Below, one piece after another: positions 57,918 through 64,000 of a DNA stretch of 64,000 nt; the stretch's first letter is position 1; every line of letters starts with the position of its first letter. The translations under genes were made by a program, and so were the position numbers. Source of the DNA: a virus. Taxonomy: Duplodnaviria > Caudoviricetes. The stretch is from positions 556 to 64,555 of IMG/VR virus record IMGVR_UViG_3300012208_000004; one strand, 5' to 3'. The notes beneath the pieces are model-generated. The model had not been told where the DNA came from. It ran no database searches and saw only the letters and a program-made list of their open reading frames with translations.

Positions 57918-59627
57918 ATGGCAATAATGATAGAGCAGGAAACAACAGTAGATTATGACTCGCTAGCAAAAACCTGTATCCTTGGACTGAGAAATGGAAA
58001 AATACCAGAATGGCCGGAAAGTGGATTTGGAGATTTCTGGGAACCAATCATCGCTGAAATTGAACGCTACTCACGCAAATGCAAAAGCAATACAGGGCTC
58101 GTCACTGGCAAAATTGAGAGCATGTATGATACCTATCCTGAGCTCAAAAAATTGCTTGCGCCTAGAATCCCCGTGCAAGGGGGAATGCCACAACAGGAGG
58201 AACTTCCAACGTGTCCGCCGTTACCTGATCATCTCCAGTATCCACCAGAACTAGCTGCTAGTGCGTGCAAATGGCTAGATGACTACATTGCATTTTCCAA
58301 GAAATGGAGCCCAAGGGCACATGATAGCTATCATGAGTGTGTCGCCATGGCATTACTCTCAACGGTAGCTGGACGCCGTGTGTCACTCTCTTACGGCGAT
58401 ATGGAGTACACTCCACTTTTCATAGCGCTTGTTGGCCCCACCACACTATTCGTGAAAAGTACCACACTCAAACTTTACAATGGATTACTTCATGCCGCCG
58501 GACTTGATTGGTTATTGGGCGCGAACATCATCACTCCGCAAAAGCTCCTCTCCAATATGTCAGGTCGGACACTGCCATCGAACTGGGAAGAATTAGACGA
58601 GGATCAACAAACACGCATTAAAAAGCGACTAGCCATGGCCGCGCAAGTGGGATGGTGCTATGACGAATTTGGTATGCAGCTCGATTCCATGGTCAAGGAA
58701 AATGGCATTATGGCCGAATTTAAAGGTTTGCTTCGACTCCTGCACGACTGTAAACCAGTATTTGAATATGACACGCATAGACGCGGGCTCGAACGCATTG
58801 AAAAACCATACCTATCTCTCGTTGCCAGTTTAACACTAGCTGATATTCGGCCATACGCGGAAAAGGGTAATAAGTTTTACCGAGATGGACTATTCGCTCG
58901 TTTCCTCTTTTCTTGTCCTCCCAAAGGGACCAAATCCAAACGGGACCAGTTCCCAAAGGAAAAGCTTACCTACCCAACTGATCTCATTAGTCCCCTTGCA
59001 AGGTGGCATTATTGGCTAGGAGAACCTGAAGTCACCATTGATGATGATTATGGGAAGGACAACAAAACAGTTATCAAGCGAACTATTCGCGTTCTCAAAG
59101 AACTGCCAGAACAAGAATGCATCCTACCCGATGAAATTAGAGACCATATCATTGCCTATGAAAACGCTTTGAAAGATATGATGGAAGCTGAAAATAATCC
59201 CGTGCCGGAAGATCTCTTTGGAAGCTATGGACGCTTCCATATGCAGGCTATCCACATTTGCATGCTACTAGCAAGCTTCGATAACCAGGGACACATCGAA
59301 TTAAGACACTGGGCACGCGCTAGGCAATTCATCGAAAGTCGGCGGGAAGAATTACACGGCATGTACATACAAACCAATACAGCCGATGATGACAAAGAAT
59401 CCTATGAAGATAAAGAAGGAAAGCTGGAGGATTTCATCCTCCAAAAAATGACAGAACTTGCCGACAAAGGGAATGAATGGGTAACTGCTTCTGTTCTCTA
59501 CGCTTACATGAAAAAATCCTCAAGAGAGAAAATAGAGGACAAACTAAAACGATTAACCAAACAAGGAATACTTGAAATAGAACAAACAAAACGAGCTGCA
59601 AAGTTTAAACTCTCATTTGAAGAGTAA
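57918..59627 (+). CDS. DUF3987/YfjI-like replication ATPase with C-terminal winged helix
   Basis: LFIALVG....KST, YDEF, DGLFARFLF; wHTH-like C-terminus. Confidence 0.75.
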   Translation: MAIMIEQETTVDYDSLAKTCILGLRNGKIPEWPESGFGDFWEPIIAEIERYSRKCKSNTGLVTGKIESMYDTYPELKKLLAPRIPVQGGMPQQEELPTCPPLPDHLQYPPELAASACKWLDDYIAFSKKWSPRAHDSYHECVAMALLSTVAGRRVSLSYGDMEYTPLFIALVGPTTLFVKSTTLKLYNGLLHAAGLDWLLGANIITPQKLLSNMSGRTLPSNWEELDEDQQTRIKKRLAMAAQVGWCYDEFGMQLDSMVKENGIMAEFKGLLRLLHDCKPVFEYDTHRRGLERIEKPYLSLVASLTLADIRPYAEKGNKFYRDGLFARFLFSCPPKGTKSKRDQFPKEKLTYPTDLISPLARWHYWLGEPEVTIDDDYGKDNKTVIKRTIRVLKELPEQECILPDEIRDHIIAYENALKDMMEAENNPVPEDLFGSYGRFHMQAIHICMLLASFDNQGHIELRHWARARQFIESRREELHGMYIQTNTADDDKESYEDKEGKLEDFILQKMTELADKGNEWVTASVLYAYMKKSSREKIEDKLKRLTKQGILEIEQTKRAAKFKLSFEE

Positions 59628-59631
59628 AAGT

Positions 59632-60010
59632 AAACTTAGAAAACTTAGAAGAAGTATAGAAACATTCATAGCCTCTGAAGCGGCTTCAGAGGCTATTTTA
59701 TGAGTAACTTAGAAACTTAGAACTTAGAAAAAACCTTAGAGTTACAAAATTTCACCCTGCAAGGGGGGTATGAGATGGCTTGTGTCCTTGTTCTAAGACT
59801 TTCTAAGTTCTTTCTAAGATAGAGTGATCGTGTTGTCCTTACAAATATAGCTATATAACAACTTAGAAATATTTGAGCTTAGTTTTAAAAAAATAAATAT
59901 TTTCTAAGTTCTAAGTTTCTAAGTTACTATAGGGATACCCTACCCCCCTGCATGGGGTATGCATGCATTAGATACATTGACGATTTCTAAATTTTCTAAG
60001 TTATTCTAGG
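59632..60010. repeat. Iteron array (AACTTAGA/TCTAAGTT), putative replication origin
   Basis: About a dozen copies in both orientations; perfect 29-bp inverted repeat 59703-59731 / 59900-59928; AT-rich; directly after Rep-like gene. Confidence 0.75.
59668..59696 (+). terminator. Intrinsic terminator
   Basis: ATAGCCTCTGAAGC/GCTTCAGAGGCTAT palindrome plus T-run. Confidence 0.65.
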
Positions 60011-60071
60011 TTTTTTATTGTTTATGAATACTATCCGACATTTTGCAAAATGCTCAATACAGGTAGAACAG

Positions 60072-60100
60072 TTGCAACATATTTATTGATGTGCTACGTT
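60072..60100 (+). promoter_or_regulatory. Promoter-like element for the tRNA 5' half
   Basis: TTGCAA-17-TACGTT with TG extension, 9 bp before tRNA position 1. Confidence 0.5.
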
Positions 60101-60109
60101 TTCACTATC

Positions 60110-60149
60110 GTTCCCGTAGCTCAGTGGATAGAGCACCGGTCTCCGGAAC
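60110..60149 (+). tRNA. tRNA-Arg(CCG), 5' half
   Basis: GTTCCCG TA GCTC AGTGGATA GAGC A CCGGT CTCCGGA AC: acceptor strand, D arm, anticodon loop; then non-tRNA sequence. Confidence 0.88.
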
Positions 60150-60227
60150 TTCGGGCAACCTAATATGTGTGTCTGGCAAACAAATATCCAAGATTTAGGG
60201 CTTGTAAACACTGCTTTTGAGCTCAAG

Positions 60228-60272
60228 TGTTCCCGACTGGAATCGAACCAGCGCACCCGGTTCCGGAGACCG
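60228..60272 (-). tRNA. tRNA-Arg(CCG), 3' half (attP-like), inverted
   Basis: Minus strand CGGT CTCCGGA ACCGG GTGC GCTGG TTCGATT CCAGT CGGGAAC A; acceptor strand pairs 7/7 with the 5' half. Confidence 0.88.
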
Positions 60273-60350
60273 CGAAAATATTTGTACAGCTTCACAAGCT
60301 GATCTACCCCCTTGCAAGGTGACGCTCAAACAAATGAAAGGTGACCATGG

Positions 60351-61451
60351 ATGGCAAAGAATGTCAGGAAGATAAAAAAGCGTGAGGAGTCAGATGGTTT
60401 CTTAGTCCAGGAGGTCATTCAAGAATATTTAGTATCTCCTCACGTCAAAAATCTTAGTTCTCGTACTCAGGATGAATATCAACAGGAGTTAGGCGTCTTT
60501 TCTGATTGGTGTAAATGCCGTCAGATTGTCAATGAGAAGGGCAAGAGAACGGCTGTATTTGGTGAAGGTCTTATGCTTCACCAGATTGATCAATATAGCA
60601 TTCAGCTCTTCTGTGAGCATCTTCAGGCTACCCACAAGCCGACAAAGAAAAGCCGATCTGAGATATCCAGTTACACGCTGGCTGGGTATGTCCGTGTGAT
60701 TAAATCTTTCCTCAACTGGTGTCTGCTTGATCCTCAATATGGAAATTACACAAGCTCGGCTGTTATCCAGCGAATTGAAAATCCGAAAGTGATAGAGACT
60801 ATCATCGAAACCTTCTCTCCTGAGCAGATCCAGGCTTTATTTAAAGCGTGCGAGAAAGAAGAAAGCGAACATCTCCAGCTACGCGATAAAGCTATCCTTG
60901 CTATCCTGCTCGATTGTGGATTACGCGCGACTGAATGTATCACGCTAACCATAGGAAATGTGTCATTAGATACAAAAGATGCATACGTTCGTGTTTTAGG
61001 CAAAGGCAATAAGTGGGGAGAAGTTGGACTTGGGGAGCAAGCACGTAAATATGTGCAGAAGTATATTCGCGTGTTTCGCATTCCAACAATAGAATACGCG
61101 GTACAACAAAAGCATAAAAACCTATCAGATCGTCAATGCAAACAAATAAGCTTAGAGGTTGTACAGTCGTCTCTGGTGTTTGTGAATAGGTATGGAGAGC
61201 AGTTAACAAAATCAGGACTTTGGAGAATTATCACGCGTTTGTCAGATTGGGCAAGGATTGAAGGTGTACGGTGCTCACCTCACACATTTCGTCATACGTA
61301 CGCGAAAATGTTTATGCAGAATGGAGGTGATATTTACACGCTTTCAAAGCTCCTTAGACACAATTCAATTAAAACAACCGAAGACTATCTTAAATCTCTC
61401 CAGCAAAGTGAAGCAAGGAAAGGGGCCAAGTCAGTACTGGATAATTTGTAG
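60351..61451 (+). CDS. Tyrosine integrase
   Basis: GLRATE, GKGNK, HTFRH, LRH...TTEDY; next to tRNA-derived att core. Confidence 0.92.
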   Translation: MAKNVRKIKKREESDGFLVQEVIQEYLVSPHVKNLSSRTQDEYQQELGVFSDWCKCRQIVNEKGKRTAVFGEGLMLHQIDQYSIQLFCEHLQATHKPTKKSRSEISSYTLAGYVRVIKSFLNWCLLDPQYGNYTSSAVIQRIENPKVIETIIETFSPEQIQALFKACEKEESEHLQLRDKAILAILLDCGLRATECITLTIGNVSLDTKDAYVRVLGKGNKWGEVGLGEQARKYVQKYIRVFRIPTIEYAVQQKHKNLSDRQCKQISLEVVQSSLVFVNRYGEQLTKSGLWRIITRLSDWARIEGVRCSPHTFRHTYAKMFMQNGGDIYTLSKLLRHNSIKTTEDYLKSLQQSEARKGAKSVLDNL

Positions 61452-61516
61452 CACTATTGTGTATTTACCATAAAAGTGGTATACTTTCAAAAGTATTCAT
61501 AAGGATGGTGTTACGC

Positions 61517-61699
61517 ATGCCTGATGCATCTAATGTTTCGTGTTTCATGACAGTGAAGGAAGTATCTCAGCATTTACGGTTGACTGAGAGGACGATTTAC
61601 ACCATGCTTGAAAATGGTGTCATTCCAGGTGTTCAGATTGGGCGCGTGTGGCGTATTGATCGTGAGCAGTTGGATCAAAAGTTGAGAGGGCAAAAGTAG
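61517..61699 (+). CDS. Excisionase-like HTH_17 protein
   Basis: MTVKEVSQHLRL..RTIY....G.IPG.QIGRVWRI. Confidence 0.85.
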   Translation: MPDASNVSCFMTVKEVSQHLRLTERTIYTMLENGVIPGVQIGRVWRIDREQLDQKLRGQK

Positions 61700-61838
61700 T
61701 TTTGTTTGAGCGTCCCCCTACTAGGTCTCAAACACCTTGCAAGGGGACTGACCACGTACATGAGTGAGCATGCACGGGCTAAAGCTAATTGTAGCCTAGT
61801 TCCTGCATGTTTTCAAGTGAAAGGAATTAGGTTTTTTC

Positions 61839-63044
61839 ATGTCTAGTAAGTATCGATACAAACAAGATGATCTGGAGAAGGATGCACATGACATGCATGG
61901 TGCATTTGTGTGGATTATTATTCTCCTCGGAGTGGGTTTCAGTGATGTGATCTACTTTATGATGGTTTCTACTATGTTTCCTGATGCTGGAATGATGCAG
62001 GGGATTGCATTTGCGGGCGCTATCACCACGGCTCTTAGTGTACTACTTCTTTACCATGGTAAGAAAAAGATCTTCCGGCCAGGCAAACAAGTGTGGACCG
62101 CGTGGGCATTTACAGGGGTTGAGATATTGGTCATGATCTCAAATGATATCCTGTACTTTGCAAAAATGAATGGCGGGAGTCTTGATGCTTTCATGTCTTT
62201 CTGGAGAGTCTTTTGTCCAGCGGCTCCTGTCATTTCAGTCCTCGGATGGTTGCTTATTAGTTACTTTGATCCTTCAAGGACGCTTTTGCATGTGAAGATG
62301 TCAAAGGCTGATTCATTGGCTAGATCTGAAGTGACAATGCATGCAGAGATTGAGCAATCTGAGATTGACTTTAAATTGGCTATGCACCGCATGCGGATGG
62401 ATGCAAAGTATGCAGCTGCTGATGATATGCAGAGACATCTGGCAAAATCTATCCAGTATGAGGTTCAGGAAGACTTGAGACTAGGCGCGGGTGATATGGG
62501 ACGCGACATTGCTAGTTCACTTACCAATACTCCAATCTCGCAGCTCTCGCAGCCAAGAAAGCCAAAGGTCGTTGACGCTGATCCTCCTGTTGTGGCTCCT
62601 GCTATTGCAGCTCACAAAGTGCAACAGGTTGATCCTCACAAAGTAAAACCGGAAGTTGACTCTGAAAAGAAACCTTTGGAGGAAAAGAAGGGGTTAAGAG
62701 CATGGATAGATGAAAAGGTGTTCAAAGTTGAGGATGATGGCAGGAATGGTGAATTAGTTTCACCAGTTAGTCAGCAGAAACGACCAAACAGTGATTTTTT
62801 TGAGGAAAAGGCAGGAATACCACCGCAAAAAGTTGTTAAGGAAGAAAAGCCAAAGCTTCCCATTAATCCAGCAAAGTGGAATAAAAATCATTGGAAGTTG
62901 GCACAAGAGATTTATCCCAAGGATGAATATGACGAATTGTTTGATGAGTATCTCGGTGACAAACCTGATGAAGATCACGTAAGAGATTCTCACGAAGACG
63001 CAAAAAAAACACAGGCTCTACCGGACGACTGGTCCAACCTGTAG
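61839..63044 (+). CDS. Multi-TM membrane protein with coiled coil and charged tail
   Basis: About four N-terminal hydrophobic helices. Confidence 0.7.
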   Translation: MSSKYRYKQDDLEKDAHDMHGAFVWIIILLGVGFSDVIYFMMVSTMFPDAGMMQGIAFAGAITTALSVLLLYHGKKKIFRPGKQVWTAWAFTGVEILVMISNDILYFAKMNGGSLDAFMSFWRVFCPAAPVISVLGWLLISYFDPSRTLLHVKMSKADSLARSEVTMHAEIEQSEIDFKLAMHRMRMDAKYAAADDMQRHLAKSIQYEVQEDLRLGAGDMGRDIASSLTNTPISQLSQPRKPKVVDADPPVVAPAIAAHKVQQVDPHKVKPEVDSEKKPLEEKKGLRAWIDEKVFKVEDDGRNGELVSPVSQQKRPNSDFFEEKAGIPPQKVVKEEKPKLPINPAKWNKNHWKLAQEIYPKDEYDELFDEYLGDKPDEDHVRDSHEDAKKTQALPDDWSNL

Positions 63045-63052
63045 AGCAAGAA

Positions 63053-63652
63053 GTGGATGCGCAAGAGATGATTGACACTCAACCGTCTCTTCGTTTGGTC
63101 GATACGCAGCCATCTATCCGAATGGATAAGATCAAGCCAAATACAGACCAAGTGAAATTAGGACCTGAAGTAGATCCCCCAATGCATTTAAACAGTGTGT
63201 TGGGGGATTCGGAAGAAGATCCGAACACATTCCGAACACATTCCGAACACATTCCATCAGAGAATGTCTTTACGGGTGTTGAGTCGGTTCTCCAAGCGGA
63301 TGTAGTGCCATTTGATAATGATGAAGATACAAATAAGAGCAAAAAGCATTTGGCACGCTTGAGAAGGTATGAGGAAGTGGGTCTTCAGGGAGATATACCA
63401 GTACGTGACGTTGTACGCTTTCGATATGTTTATAATCGTCATATTGAGGGCATGTCTCAAAAAATGCAAGATGAGTACAATTACTGGTATTTTACCAAAC
63501 CGCATAAAATGAAGGATGGGAACAAATATGAAAGACATGTCAAGTCCTGGAACCGTCGTAAAAAGTGGATTGCAGACATTCAAGCGTCTAGAAGCTCTCC
63601 AAATACTTCCATTACCAATTTGTCTCAGGAACGGAAAAATCGTAGACGTTGA
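63053..63652 (+). CDS. Hypothetical protein (possibly a frameshift extension of the upstream gene)
   Basis: Weak SD; frame is open from the A8 run at 63002. Confidence 0.5.
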   Translation: MDAQEMIDTQPSLRLVDTQPSIRMDKIKPNTDQVKLGPEVDPPMHLNSVLGDSEEDPNTFRTHSEHIPSENVFTGVESVLQADVVPFDNDEDTNKSKKHLARLRRYEEVGLQGDIPVRDVVRFRYVYNRHIEGMSQKMQDEYNYWYFTKPHKMKDGNKYERHVKSWNRRKKWIADIQASRSSPNTSITNLSQERKNRRR

Positions 63653-63846
63653 ACATGCATCTAATGCAGAATTCACTGATTGGGTGCGATGGAACGAGAT
63701 ACCGTTTATTGGTTCTGAGATATGGAGCTTTGATAGCAAGTGTGGGATCATTAATCATGCTCTCAGGTTTGGGTTTAAGCTACGGTTAATTGCCTCTCCT
63801 GGGAATGTGTTTGGAATGTCTTCAGAATGTCTTTTGAATGTCTTTG
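63220..63846. repeat. Two inversely oriented arrays of an 11-bp repeat
   Basis: (TCCGAACACAT)x3 at 63220-63255; GAATGTSTTNN x4 at 63803-63846. Confidence 0.7.
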
Positions 63847-64000
63847 AGTGGCCTAAATCATCTTCTCATGCGGATTAAGGCAAGCGTCAAGTTGAGCGTG
63901 GGTTAAGTTGACAGTTTGGGGAAAGTGGCAAAGATCCCCGCTTTCAGAGGTAAGGTAAAGAAAAACGACCAGCCGCATCAAAGGAGGACCCAATGCATCA

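Larger units (their letters stand above)
89..61746. repeat. Dispersed 14-bp palindrome CCCCTTGCAAGGGG, about 28 copies
   Basis: 6 perfect, 18 one-mismatch and 4 two-mismatch copies found by eye (positions in findings). Confidence 0.92.
209..63878. mobile_element. Temperate tailed phage (siphovirus-like) genome, near complete
   Basis: Terminase-portal-scaffold-capsid-tail-tape measure-lysis order, plus replication, repressor and integrase modules; no tail sheath gene recognised. Confidence 0.95.

Noticed and set aside
60110-60272. Intron-containing or trans-spliced tRNA
   Set aside because: The halves are on opposite strands and both contain the whole anticodon loop, which fits a recombination core rather than splicing
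89-61746. Dispersed palindrome as a CRISPR repeat, terminator or IS end
   Set aside because: Copies are irregularly spaced, often in coding sequence, lack a loop and T-tail, and no transposase is present
9688-62492. Frequent GGCGCG hexamer
   Set aside because: Mostly Gly-Ala codon pairs; enrichment cannot be established without a codon-aware count
209-63878. Alternative genetic code (stop-codon reassignment) explaining the split genes
   Set aside because: Split halves are in different frames, and TAA, TAG and TGA all end intact genes normally

Overview
The window is most or all of a ~64 kb tailed (siphovirus-like) temperate phage genome, read from the terminase onward. No host-type genes are visible. 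Layout: packaging, head, tail and lysis genes on + (~0.2-31.3 kb); a Xer-like tyrosine recombinase with a dif-like site; a mostly minus-strand block of replication, recombination, methylation and small accessory genes (32-51 kb); a repressor/antirepressor switch; DinG; a DUF3987-like Rep gene followed by an iteron-rich origin; and an Int + Xis module. The most unusual signals are: (1) a tRNA-Arg(CCG) gene in two halves on opposite strands, bounded by 13-bp inverted repeats beside the integrase, so that inverting 110 bp rebuilds a complete tRNA; (2) a 14-bp palindrome CCCCTTGCAAGGGG in about 28 dispersed copies (counted by eye), inside and between genes; (3) six GCGAY-pentaloop hairpins at the scaffold gene, one competing with an anti-Shine-Dalgarno pairing of the capsid gene; (4) split portal and split terminase genes; (5) a csrA homologue missing from the ORF track and an Acb2/Tad1-like candidate anti-defence gene. 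Product calls come from motif recognition and synteny only. No database search was run.
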